From Gammaproteobacteria bacterium (lineage in GTDB: Bacteria; Pseudomonadota; Gammaproteobacteria; Eutrophobiales; Eutrophobiaceae): DNA of 51,404 nucleotides. Location of the stretch: positions 1 to 51,404 of the forward strand of contig JABHFC010000311.1 in assembly GCA_018676275.1 (NCBI GenBank). The letters run 5' to 3'. Positions within the stretch are counted from its first letter, which is position 1. Every line of letters begins with the position of its first letter. Position numbers and translations under genes: made by a program. The notes under the pieces are model-generated. The model had not been told where the DNA came from. It worked only from the letters and a program-made list of their open reading frames with translations, and searched no databases. Positions 20,574 through 30,542 of the stretch are shown piece by piece.

Positions 20574-23500
20574 AATTTCTGGTAAGGAACATTTTAAGTT
20601 TATTGAAGACAACGGACAGCATAGACAGCTCATTGGATTGTGTAAATTGCATTTTGTTGTAGACATCCAGATACTGGTTATATGTATTGGCGTTTTCCTG
20701 TAACCAGAGATATACAGTTTTTACCGGGTCATCGCCGGGATTGTAAAAATCGAGTGTGCTGGCTGTTAAGGCTATATGTAGTTTGTTGAGATCCTGTATA
20801 AAATCAACTCTGGCTCTATCCTGCCAGACATTGTCTGTCGTCAGGCTGTCAGCGTTATTTCGGAGAGAGTATATTTTCAATGATGAATCGAGCTGAAAAA
20901 ACAATTCGATTACAAGATTGATATCAACCGAGTGTTGCCTGGCGAGTTGATTTATTTCCAGGTTAACAATAATTACTCGCAATGTCGCAAAGGTAAACGC
21001 TATACGGGCCGGGATACCCACATCTCGATAACGACGAATTTTCGCATTAATAGTCTTTCTCTCTGCTCCCTTTAGCACTTTGCGTAGTAACAATTTTAAA
21101 GGCTTGATGCCAGAAGAAAACTGCTCAACTGTTTTGGTGACTTCGATCAGGTAACTCTCATTTCGGACAAACCAACGCGTAGCGTGCCTGAGTAAATGCT
21201 GGGTTTCAAATACGAGTTCAGCCTGGTTTTCTACTGATACTTTATGATCAAGTTTGTCGATTTCTTCCCAGAGGCCATGAATATCAAATACATCCCGGGC
21301 GGCAAGAAAGGCCTTGGCGATAACTGCAAGTGATGCGCCGGTTTCATCGGCGAGTCTGTGTGCGAATGTAATGCCAGCGCGGTTGATCATGCTATTGGTC
21401 AGTACCGTGGAGATTATTTCACGGCGCAAAGGATGATCTTCGATGGCATGGGCATACTTTTTCCGCAATTGTGCAGGGAAATAGCGATGTAACATGCCGG
21501 ACAAATAGGGATCATCAGGTAGCTCGGAATCAAGTATTCTGTTGTAAACGGCCGTCTTGGTATGGGCCAGTAATACTGCGATTTCAGGATGGAAAAGACC
21601 TTGCTGTTTTGCTTTACGTTTTTCCAACGTGGCTTGATCAGGAATGTATTCCAGATCTCGAACAAAGGTTTTGCTTTTTTCCAGTTCATTTATTAGTAGC
21701 GCATACCAACCGGGACGAACCGAGCTTTCAATTTCCATCGTGCCGATAACACGTACCTGGCGATAATTGTCCTGTAAAACCAGTTCCGCAACATTGCTGG
21801 TCATACTATGCAAAAGCGCGTTACGTTTTGGCATTGACAACTTTTTATCTGCAACCACTTTATTAAGCAGGATCTTGATATTTACTTCTCGATCAGAACA
21901 ATCAACTCCACCAGAGTTATCAATCCAGTCTGCGTTTACACGCCCATTTTTACATGCAAAAGCAATGCGTGCTCGCTGTGTAAATCCAAGGTTGCCACCC
22001 TCACCGATCACCCTGCAATTGAGTTGCGAACTGTTAATACGAAGATTGTCATTTGACTTATCACCTACGTCCATATTCAGTTCGTCATCTGCTTTTACAT
22101 AGGTACCAATACCTCCGTTCCATAGCAAGTCAACAGGAGCCATCAACAGTGAACGAATCAGTTCATCGGGACTGATTTTGTCAATATCTATTTTCAGTAG
22201 CGCTTTTATCTCACTGGATAAGGAGATTGACTTGGTACTTCTTGGGAAAATACCACCACCGCTGGAAATAAGGTCAGGGTCGTAATCCGACCAGCTTGAA
22301 CGAGGAAGTTCAAACAGACGCTGGCGCTCAACAAAACTGGTTTCTGGATCCGGGCTCGGATCGATAAAAATATGCATGTGATTGAATGCTGCAACCAGTT
22401 TTGTATGTCGGGATAAAAGCATCCCGTTACCAAAAACATCTCCAGCCATGTCGCCAATACCAACGACTGTAAAATCAGTGCTATGTATATCAATACCCAG
22501 AGCCTGGAAGTTATGTTTGACAGATTCCCAGGCTCCACGGGCAGTAATGCCCATTTTTTTGTGGTCATAACCTGCCGAACCTCCAGATGCAAAGGCGTCA
22601 CCAAGCCAGAAGCCATACTCAGCAGAAAGATCATTGGCAATATCGGAAAAAGTTGCGGTACCTTTATCGGCGGCAACTACCAGGTAGGGATCATCATCGT
22701 CGTAGCGTACGACATCAGCAGGAGCAATAATTGTGTTCCCATCCTGGTTGTCCGTAATATCAAGTAAGCCGCGTATGAATATCCTGTAACATTCGATGCC
22801 TTCTTTTTGCAGGGCTTGTCTGTCATTTAAAGGCGCCTGTTTCACATAGAAGCCCCCCTTCGCACCTACCGGAACGATGACGGCGTTTTTTACCATTTGA
22901 GCTTTCATTAAACCAAGCACTTCGGTTCTGAAATCTTCGCGTCTATCGGACCATCTCAGTCCTCCCCTCGCTACTTTTCCGCCACGTAGGTGGACACCCT
23001 CTACCCTGGGCGAATATACAAAGACTTCATATTTGGGATGTGGCAGCGACAGGTCCGGTATTAATTCGGGTAAAACTTTAAGAGACAGGTAATCTTTGAC
23101 GTGACCATACTTGTCTTTTTGATAAAAGTTTGTTCGTAATGTTGCTTTGATAAGATCGTAAAAACGTCGCAAAATTCGATCTTCATCCAGAGATGAAACT
23201 GCATCAAGGCCGGATTCGATATTACGCTGGAGTTTTCTTAACCTGGCGGAATTATCTTTTTTTGATGCATTACCAGGATCAAAACGGGTTGTGAAAAGCG
23301 CAACAAGTAGTTTTGTAATATCCGAATTATGAATAAGTGTATCTTGAACGTAGGTTTCCGAAAAACTGGTGCCAAGTTGTCGAATATACTTTGCATAGGC
23401 TCTTAGTATCATTATTTCCCTGATATTGAGTCCGGCAGATAAGACTAGCCGGTTAAAGCCATCATTTTCTATATTACCATTCCAGATATGCTTAAAGGCT

Positions 23501-25392
23501 TCTTGAAAAATTCCTCTCAAATTAAAAAACGTCGAATTTTCAAGTCCGTGATATTGCATTCCGAAATCATGTAACCAGACAGTACTCTCGCCCTTTTGTC
23601 GAATTTCATAGGGCCGTTCAGATTCAATAAACAAACCCATATTTTCAAGGATTGGTAATACGGTTGAAAGCGGAATAGCATTAACAGGAATGAAAAGCTT
23701 TAACATGAAGTGATTGACGTCAGTATCAAGATCACGATACAAATTTAATGTCAGTCCTTTTTCCTTTAACGCCAGATCAATATACTGGCTATCAAATATT
23801 GCTTCTTCAGCACTGTTATCTTCAATATAAGATGCGGAGAAGGCGTCCTGGTAGCGATGAAAAAAATCAAGACCCTGTTTCCGGTCATATTTCTCCAGAA
23901 AAGATAATTCCAGTTTATCTGCCCAGCTACGGGTGACTTCAGCAACGTCTGCCTCAATTAGCTGCAGATCATATTTGGGTACCGTGCCGGGTTGGGTGTG
24001 AACTACCAGATAAATCTGTGCATAAACAGAATCGGAAATGGATGTAGAGAAATCAACCCCGGTGCCGTTAAAGGCATCTATCAGTATTGACTGGATTCGT
24101 TGCCTGATTACCGAATTAAAACGTTCCTTTGGAACAAAAGCTATACAGGCAAAAAACCTGTCAAAAGGATCTCGGCGGGCAAACAATCCTACCTGGTGTC
24201 TTTCCTGCAGAGAAAGTATGCCCATCGCTGTATTGTATAACTGTTGAACATCAGTCTGGAACAATTCATCACGAGGATAGGTATGCAGAATATTCAGTAG
24301 TGCCTTGCTTGCATGACCGTCAGGGACTAAAGAGGATAGTTTGACGACTTCATTAATCTTGTCTTTAATCAGCGGAATCGTCTGTGGATTACTCATATAA
24401 GCAGATGATGTATAAAGGCCAAGAATTCGGTGTTCCCCAATGACAAGTCCACGCTTGTTGAATTTTTTAATACCGATGTAATCAAGATGAACAGAACGAT
24501 GGACAGTTGAGCGCGAATTAGATTTTGTAATTATCAACATGTCCGTTGACTGGGCATCCCTTTTCACACTTTCAGGCAGGAGATCAAATGATTGTGAGGT
24601 CTTTTTACCCGTGCGTTTTCTGAGAATACCCTTACCGCTACCCGGCACGATATGTAATGAAGCACTTTGTCGAGCTTTGCCTAGTTCATAATCCCTGTAG
24701 CCGAGAAAGACAAAATTATTATCCAGTAACCAACGCAGGAATGCAGAGCTGCGTTTGAGATCGCTTTTCTTGATCGGTGGTGGGAATGACTCAAGGGTTT
24801 CGATAACTTCGGCAAGCCTGTCAGTCATTGGCTTCCTGTCTGAAACAGCTAGTCGGGTGTCTTCCAGTATCCGATCCAGGCAACTGGCAAGATTTTTCAA
24901 TTTGTCCTTGTTGTGTTCTTTGTCCACCTCCATGTAGATGAAGGATTCAAACATAAAACTGTCGACCTCGGACGAAAACGGGATGACATTATTTATCTTT
25001 TTTTGTCTGTCACGCTGAATCTCTAACAAGGGGTGTATGGTGAGATTAATGGCGTAGCCGAGCCTGTGTAATTCCATCATCACAGAGTCGACCAGGAAAG
25101 GTGTATTTGCTGTTACGATTTGAATAATAGTGTGCTTAGATTCCCAGCCATGCTCTTCCTTGTCAGGATTGAATACACGAATTATCCTGTGTCCCCTGGT
25201 CCATGATCGGGCAAGTTCAAAATGACTCCTGGCACTACACGCAAGGTTCTGAGTACTACGGTCAACCAGATCGTAAACGGGAACACCAGCGAAATAGCTG
25301 CGCACAAACGTCGACATTTGCCTGGAAATATTTTTTGCTAATCCCTTAGTTGCTTGCCTGGCGATATTATTAATTTTATTTTTCGTGGGCAT
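20563..25392 (-). CDS. gdhB: NAD-specific glutamate dehydrogenase, large (~180 kDa) class
   Basis: 1609 aa. The catalytic core reads GGLRWSDRREDFRTEVLGLMKAQMVKNAVIVPVGAKGGF...VVAADKGTATFSD...GITARGAWESV. The length and flanking helical domains are typical of bacterial large NAD-GDH. Confidence 0.9.
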   Translation of the reverse strand: MPTKNKINNIARQATKGLAKNISRQMSTFVRSYFAGVPVYDLVDRSTQNLACSARSHFELARSWTRGHRIIRVFNPDKEEHGWESKHTIIQIVTANTPFLVDSVMMELHRLGYAINLTIHPLLEIQRDRQKKINNVIPFSSEVDSFMFESFIYMEVDKEHNKDKLKNLASCLDRILEDTRLAVSDRKPMTDRLAEVIETLESFPPPIKKSDLKRSSAFLRWLLDNNFVFLGYRDYELGKARQSASLHIVPGSGKGILRKRTGKKTSQSFDLLPESVKRDAQSTDMLIITKSNSRSTVHRSVHLDYIGIKKFNKRGLVIGEHRILGLYTSSAYMSNPQTIPLIKDKINEVVKLSSLVPDGHASKALLNILHTYPRDELFQTDVQQLYNTAMGILSLQERHQVGLFARRDPFDRFFACIAFVPKERFNSVIRQRIQSILIDAFNGTGVDFSTSISDSVYAQIYLVVHTQPGTVPKYDLQLIEADVAEVTRSWADKLELSFLEKYDRKQGLDFFHRYQDAFSASYIEDNSAEEAIFDSQYIDLALKEKGLTLNLYRDLDTDVNHFMLKLFIPVNAIPLSTVLPILENMGLFIESERPYEIRQKGESTVWLHDFGMQYHGLENSTFFNLRGIFQEAFKHIWNGNIENDGFNRLVLSAGLNIREIMILRAYAKYIRQLGTSFSETYVQDTLIHNSDITKLLVALFTTRFDPGNASKKDNSARLRKLQRNIESGLDAVSSLDEDRILRRFYDLIKATLRTNFYQKDKYGHVKDYLSLKVLPELIPDLSLPHPKYEVFVYSPRVEGVHLRGGKVARGGLRWSDRREDFRTEVLGLMKAQMVKNAVIVPVGAKGGFYVKQAPLNDRQALQKEGIECYRIFIRGLLDITDNQDGNTIIAPADVVRYDDDDPYLVVAADKGTATFSDIANDLSAEYGFWLGDAFASGGSAGYDHKKMGITARGAWESVKHNFQALGIDIHSTDFTVVGIGDMAGDVFGNGMLLSRHTKLVAAFNHMHIFIDPSPDPETSFVERQRLFELPRSSWSDYDPDLISSGGGIFPRSTKSISLSSEIKALLKIDIDKISPDELIRSLLMAPVDLLWNGGIGTYVKADDELNMDVGDKSNDNLRINSSQLNCRVIGEGGNLGFTQRARIAFACKNGRVNADWIDNSGGVDCSDREVNIKILLNKVVADKKLSMPKRNALLHSMTSNVAELVLQDNYRQVRVIGTMEIESSVRPGWYALLINELEKSKTFVRDLEYIPDQATLEKRKAKQQGLFHPEIAVLLAHTKTAVYNRILDSELPDDPYLSGMLHRYFPAQLRKKYAHAIEDHPLRREIISTVLTNSMINRAGITFAHRLADETGASLAVIAKAFLAARDVFDIHGLWEEIDKLDHKVSVENQAELVFETQHLLRHATRWFVRNESYLIEVTKTVEQFSSGIKPLKLLLRKVLKGAERKTINAKIRRYRDVGIPARIAFTFATLRVIIVNLEINQLARQHSVDINLVIELFFQLDSSLKIYSLRNNADSLTTDNVWQDRARVDFIQDLNKLHIALTASTLDFYNPGDDPVKTVYLWLQENANTYNQYLDVYNKMQFTQSNELSMLSVVFNKLKMFLTRNYEI

Positions 25393-25456
25393 ATCTATTG
25401 TATTGTTTACTTTGCATAGACAAGGAAACGCTGATTAAGTCAGAGCCTCCACATTA

Positions 25457-28400
25457 CTAAATTGCTAATAATGACGCATTACCGCCGATCGCTGATGTAT
25501 TGACCGTATAAACTTGTTCGTTGGCAAATCGAAACAGATAGTTTGGGCCGCCTGCCTTTGGTCCGGTACCGGATAGGCCACAACCGCCAAAGGGCTGCAC
25601 GCCAACAACCGCCCCAATCATATTTCGGTTAACATAAACGTTGCCTACTTTAACACGTTCAAGAATATCACTGGCACGATTTTCGATACGGCTGTGTATG
25701 CCCAGTGTTAAGCCATAGCCAATGGCATTTATCTCATTCAGCACATTATCGAGTTCTACCGATTTATACCTGATCACATGCAGCACTGGCCCGAAATTTT
25801 CATTTTCAAGTTGCGCAATGTTATCAATCTCAATGACCACAGGTGCTATAAAACTCCCTCCACTTAACTCTTCTGGAATATGGCATCGGTGAATGACATT
25901 GCCATGCTTACTAATACTCTCAATATGTGTTTCTAATAATTGTTGCGCTTGCTGATCTATTACGGGTCCAATATCGGTGCTTAGGTATAAGGGATCACCG
26001 ATGACGAGTTCGTCCATATAACCTTTTAATAACGTGAGTATTTCATCGGCAATTTCTTCCTGAAGATAAAGTACACGTAATGCAGAACATCGTTGTCCAG
26101 CGCTGTTAAATGCTGACTGAACTACATCCAGAACCACTTGCTGCGGTAAAGCGGAACTGTCTACGAGCATGGTATTTTGTCCACCGGTCTCTGCGATCAG
26201 GGTGGCAATTGAACCCTCGCGCAGAGCCAGAGTCCGGTTAATTAATTTTGCGGTATCACATGATCCGGTAAATGCGACACCGGCGATTCTTGGATCGGAT
26301 AATAATGTCTCCCCGATTTGTTTTCCATCTCCCGGTAAAAAGTGCAGGGCAGACGAAGGGGTACCAGCTTCCAATAATAATTGTGTTACATAATGTGCCA
26401 CCAGTGATGTTTGTTCAGCTGGTTTTGCAATCACGGTATTTCCGGCCGCCAGCGCTGCCGCTATCTGACCGGTAAATATGGCAAGCGGAAAATTCCAGGG
26501 ACTGATACAAACAAATACTCCGCGACCCTGAAGAGCCAGTTCATTTTTTTCTCCGGTCGGTCCATTTAATTTTATCTTTTTGCTGAAATGTTTTTTCGCA
26601 AGCCCAGCATAGTAGCGGAGGAAATCAACGGCTTCGCGAAATTCACCGTGACTATCAATAACAGTCTTACCTGCTTCTCTCACACACATTGCGATCAGAG
26701 TTGCCTGATGTTGTTCAAAGATATCCGCTGCCTTGTTTAGAATTTCGGCACGATATTTTGCTGGTGTCGCATTCCACTCAGGCCAGGCCCGGCTGGCAAT
26801 ATCAACGGCGCTAAGTATATCTTTTTGTCGTGTACAGAAAACCTGACCAAGGGGCTGCGCATTTGCTGGGTTATATATCTGACATTTAACTCCGCTCAGG
26901 CTTTTACCGTTTATAATCGGGCTGGCATCCCATCTTTGGTCAAGTGTTGCGTTTATCTGCTCGTGCAAAGGATCAACTTCATTCGCATCAGAAAAATTAA
27001 TCCCGGGTGAGTTTAAACGTTGATTACCAAATATATTAGCTGGAAGTGGGATCCTGGGATGCTTTATTTCATTACCTAAACTCTCTACGATGAGTACAGG
27101 GTCGGTATTTATATCGTTATTCATTGATTCTTCGTGAGCCATTTGATTGACAAAGGATGTATTAGCTCCGTTTTCCAGCAAACGTCGAACCAGGTAGGGG
27201 AGCAAGTCTTCGTGCTTACCTACAGGGGCATAAACTCGACATGGAATATTGAGTTTGTCCTTATCAGTAACTTCTTCATAAAGTTCTTCACCCATACCGT
27301 GTAGTCGCTGAAACTCATATTCGCGAGTACCGGCATGATGATAAACATAGGCCAACGTCTGCGCGTTATGAGTGGCAAACTGAGGATAAATTGAATGGCA
27401 CTCTTCCAGTAAATAGCGAGCGCAGGCCTGGTAGGACACATCGGTATTACACTTGCGGGTAAAAACAGGATAACCAGAGAGTCCTTGTTCCTGAGCATGT
27501 TTAATCTCCGTATCCCAATATGCACCCTTAACCAGACGTAAAGGAATTATTCTGTTATTTCGCTGTGCCAGTTGATTCAGCCACTTTATTATCGGCAAAG
27601 CACGCTTTTGATAGGCCTGTACTACCAGCCCGAAACCATTCCAGTTTTCCATGTCTGCTGACAGAAAAACCTTTTCGAAAATTATTAATGACATTTCAAG
27701 TCGGTCTGCTTCTTCTGCATCTACTGTCAGACCGATCCCCTGATTCTGTGCAAGCCTGGCCAGTTCCAACAGTCGTTGTGACAACTCACTAATTGCTCGT
27801 TCCTTTTGCGTATATTCATAACGGGGACAAAGAGCTGAAAGTTTTATTGAAATTCCGGGTCGTGAAACCTCAGGTAATTCGGTATCAACGGAAGCGCCAA
27901 TTTTTTCTATCGCAATGGCATATGCCTGTTGATAAGCTTCAGCATCACCAGTAGTGATTGCAGCTTCTCCGAGCATATCGAATGAATAACGATAGTGTCT
28001 GTTTTCGGTAGAACGGGATCGTTTCAGTGCTTCGGAAATTGATCTACCCATTACAAACTGCCAGGCCATGATACGCATCGCGCTTTTCATGGCTGCACGT
28101 ACCACTGGTTCTTCCATGCGTGCGAATAGTTTGCTGATGTACTGCTTTGGGTTTTTTATCGCTGCCTTTTGTGGTTTTAGCGTTTGACCCGTCAACATTA
28201 ATGCCCAGGTAGAAGCATTGACAAAAAGTGAGTGACTTTCACCCAGATGTTTATCCCAGCTTGCTGAAGACAGTTTGTCGGAGATTAGTGCGTCCATTGT
28301 TTCATTGTCGGGAATACGTAGCAGGGCTTCTGCTATGCACATCAGAATAACGCCTTCCTGAGAAGATAGATCGTAATGATTTAGAAAAGCCTGCAGCCCT

Positions 28401-28651
28401 GAGGCCTGCTGTTGTTCGTTACGAATAGTTTTTATTAAATTCGCCGCCGTATTTTGAATTTTGATTGAATGTGCTTTTGATGCGCGCGCATGGGCTAGTA
28501 AATTTTTTACAACGCTGTTTTCATCCTCCAGGTAGTTGTTCGCAATGTATTCGTGAAGGGGGTGAAATTGTGAATTTTGAGAGCTCATTTCAGTATCTTC
28601 TTGTGTCAGTTTTTCCCTATTCACAGCCGGAATCCGGGATTGGATAAGCAT
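25457..28651 (-). CDS. putA: Bifunctional proline dehydrogenase / L-glutamate-gamma-semialdehyde dehydrogenase
   Basis: 1064 aa. The PRODH barrel (RYSFDMLGEAA, VKGAYWD) is followed by an ALDH domain (FVCISPWNFPLAIF, ETGGQNTMLVD, GQRCSALR). I see no ribbon-helix-helix N-terminus. The start could instead be MSSQNS at 28588. Confidence 0.9.
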   Translation of the reverse strand: MLIQSRIPAVNREKLTQEDTEMSSQNSQFHPLHEYIANNYLEDENSVVKNLLAHARASKAHSIKIQNTAANLIKTIRNEQQQASGLQAFLNHYDLSSQEGVILMCIAEALLRIPDNETMDALISDKLSSASWDKHLGESHSLFVNASTWALMLTGQTLKPQKAAIKNPKQYISKLFARMEEPVVRAAMKSAMRIMAWQFVMGRSISEALKRSRSTENRHYRYSFDMLGEAAITTGDAEAYQQAYAIAIEKIGASVDTELPEVSRPGISIKLSALCPRYEYTQKERAISELSQRLLELARLAQNQGIGLTVDAEEADRLEMSLIIFEKVFLSADMENWNGFGLVVQAYQKRALPIIKWLNQLAQRNNRIIPLRLVKGAYWDTEIKHAQEQGLSGYPVFTRKCNTDVSYQACARYLLEECHSIYPQFATHNAQTLAYVYHHAGTREYEFQRLHGMGEELYEEVTDKDKLNIPCRVYAPVGKHEDLLPYLVRRLLENGANTSFVNQMAHEESMNNDINTDPVLIVESLGNEIKHPRIPLPANIFGNQRLNSPGINFSDANEVDPLHEQINATLDQRWDASPIINGKSLSGVKCQIYNPANAQPLGQVFCTRQKDILSAVDIASRAWPEWNATPAKYRAEILNKAADIFEQHQATLIAMCVREAGKTVIDSHGEFREAVDFLRYYAGLAKKHFSKKIKLNGPTGEKNELALQGRGVFVCISPWNFPLAIFTGQIAAALAAGNTVIAKPAEQTSLVAHYVTQLLLEAGTPSSALHFLPGDGKQIGETLLSDPRIAGVAFTGSCDTAKLINRTLALREGSIATLIAETGGQNTMLVDSSALPQQVVLDVVQSAFNSAGQRCSALRVLYLQEEIADEILTLLKGYMDELVIGDPLYLSTDIGPVIDQQAQQLLETHIESISKHGNVIHRCHIPEELSGGSFIAPVVIEIDNIAQLENENFGPVLHVIRYKSVELDNVLNEINAIGYGLTLGIHSRIENRASDILERVKVGNVYVNRNMIGAVVGVQPFGGCGLSGTGPKAGGPNYLFRFANEQVYTVNTSAIGGNASLLAI

Positions 28652-28744
28652 TTTTGTTAATTACTATATATTTTGTATTTTTGAACATAAACAACAAAAT
28701 TATGTGCTTAATATTGGAATATATTGATATAAAATTTTGTATAA

Positions 28745-29245
28745 ATGGAAAATACGAAATATAATCTAATGATGGATTCATCCTCTCATAAGCTCGATCG
28801 TATTGACCTTCACATTCTCAGGGTTTTGCAGCTTAATGGTCGTATCTCCAATGTAGAACTGTCGCAGAAAGTTAATTTAAGCCCGGCGCCTTGCCTGGTT
28901 CGGGTTAAAAGACTAGAGCAGGAAGGTATCATCCAGCGTTATCGCGCAGAGCTGGATCCTGTCAAGCTAGGCTTTGGATTGCTCGCCTTTGTTGAGGTCA
29001 CGCTCGATCGCACTACACCGGATGTGTTTGATAAATTTAAACAGGCTGTGCAAACAATCGACGAAATTGAAGAGTGTCACATGGTTGCAGGTGGTTTTGA
29101 TTACCTGATAAAAATACGTTGTATAGATATGGATGCATATCGGCGCATACTCGGTGAAAAGATCGCTACTGTTAATGGTATCTCACAAACTCACACTTAT
29201 GTTGTTATGGAACAGGTGAAGAGTAGTAACGAACTCAATATTTAG
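28745..29245 (+). CDS. Lrp/AsnC-family transcriptional regulator, divergent from putA
   Basis: 166 aa. The HTH reads LDRIDLHILRVLQLNGRISNVELSQKVNLSPAPCLVRVKRLEQEGII, followed by an RAM/AsnC_trans_reg domain. It shares a 93-nt AT-rich intergenic region with putA. Confidence 0.85.
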   Translation: MENTKYNLMMDSSSHKLDRIDLHILRVLQLNGRISNVELSQKVNLSPAPCLVRVKRLEQEGIIQRYRAELDPVKLGFGLLAFVEVTLDRTTPDVFDKFKQAVQTIDEIEECHMVAGGFDYLIKIRCIDMDAYRRILGEKIATVNGISQTHTYVVMEQVKSSNELNI

Positions 29246-29269
29246 AGCTGGTAAAAGTATGAATAAAGT

Positions 29270-30466
29270 ATGAACAAGGCTAAATCCTATATTGGACAAT
29301 CGGTAGGTCGATACACATTTAATGAGTTAGTCGGTAAGGGCTCGATTGGAGCCGTGTATAAAGCTTTTGACCAACGTCTGTTGCGTCCAGTCGCAATCAA
29401 AGTCTCTTCTCCTCATGCTGGCAATGAAGCCACACCAAATGATCGTATTTTACGTGAAGCACAAATTGTCGCGCGTGTTGAACACGCTAATATTGTTCCA
29501 ATATATGATGTCGTTGATCATGAAGGATCGGTTTTGATCGTTATGCGTTTATTGAAAGGACGGAATCTTGATGAACTCAAACAGCTTGTTGGCAAGCCTC
29601 TTGACGTCAATGAGGCTTTAAAAATAATGCACCAGGTAATGCTGGGAATGGATTACGCTCACAGCCGTGGCGTTATCCATGCTGATCTAAAACCGGGAAA
29701 TATTTTTGTTTCCAGTTCTAATGAGATTTTCATTCTTGATTTTGGCCTCGCGGCTGTACTCGAACTGGAAAAACCGGACAAAAGTAAAATGTACGGGACA
29801 CCTTTGTATATGTCACCTGAGCAATGTAATGGTATTTATCATGATGCCCGATCTGATATTTACTCACTTGGCCTTATCTTTTATGCGCTGATTACCGGTA
29901 GACACCCTTTTGCTGATGCTCAGTCAATGCAACAACTTTTGTTGTTTCAAATGGAGAAAATACCGGAAAGACCTGACGAAATTAACCCGGCAGTACCTGA
30001 GAACCTGTCTAATTGTGTTATGAGGGCTCTGGATAAAGATCCAACCAGGCGATTTAATTCATGTAGAGATTTTTTCCGTAAAATTGAAAGCTCATTGCAG
30101 ATTGTTGATACAGGGGAGTATAAGATTAAGGATTTGCGATGGGATCCGCGTGTAAATATGAATTTGCAGGCTCAACTGCAATTGCAAGATAGTGAAGAAA
30201 TATACACTGCTGAAATTACCGATCTATCTGTTAGTGGCGCCAGCATTCTGGTTCCGGTTTCTCTAAAATCTGGAACAAAGCTAAAAATTGATTTTGATAT
30301 CATGGAAGACAACAACCATGTGACAATGTCGAGTCAGGCTACAGTTTTATGGGAAGACAAAAAATCAGGTATGCAAATGTTTGAAGCCGGGTTAAGTTTC
30401 GATAGTCTTGAGAACCTGGATAAGCAATACCTTGGCTTTTATATACGTAATCGATTATTAGCCTGA
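29270..30466 (+). CDS. Ser/Thr protein kinase (Hanks type) fused to a C-terminal PilZ domain
   Basis: Kinase motifs: GKGSIGAVY (Gly loop), VAIKV (Lys), HADLKPGN (catalytic loop, non-RD), DFGLA, GTPLYMSPE. C-terminal ~110 aa: RWDPR (RxxxR), then 23 residues, then DLSVSG (DxSxxG), which are the two c-di-GMP-binding PilZ signatures. Confidence 0.8.
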   Translation: MNKAKSYIGQSVGRYTFNELVGKGSIGAVYKAFDQRLLRPVAIKVSSPHAGNEATPNDRILREAQIVARVEHANIVPIYDVVDHEGSVLIVMRLLKGRNLDELKQLVGKPLDVNEALKIMHQVMLGMDYAHSRGVIHADLKPGNIFVSSSNEIFILDFGLAAVLELEKPDKSKMYGTPLYMSPEQCNGIYHDARSDIYSLGLIFYALITGRHPFADAQSMQQLLLFQMEKIPERPDEINPAVPENLSNCVMRALDKDPTRRFNSCRDFFRKIESSLQIVDTGEYKIKDLRWDPRVNMNLQAQLQLQDSEEIYTAEITDLSVSGASILVPVSLKSGTKLKIDFDIMEDNNHVTMSSQATVLWEDKKSGMQMFEAGLSFDSLENLDKQYLGFYIRNRLLA

Positions 30467-30542
30467 AAATTATCCTGGACAGATCTGGATATCCAGAACC
30501 ACTGGAGCAAAAAATATCTCTCTGGATTTTCTTCAATCAGAT

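Noticed and set aside
20574-20666. N-terminal extensions in the track. One is the 31-aa extension of the threonine aldolase ORF. Similar longest-ORF TTG/GTG starts occur at 6920, 19051, 34623, 35333, 36384, 39879, 41878, 47198 and 47494.
   Set aside because: These extensions overlap the preceding gene or lack a ribosome-binding site. Downstream ATG or GTG codons give proper signal peptides, ribosome-binding sites or family-typical N-termini. I adjusted the coordinates accordingly, but all starts remain predictions.
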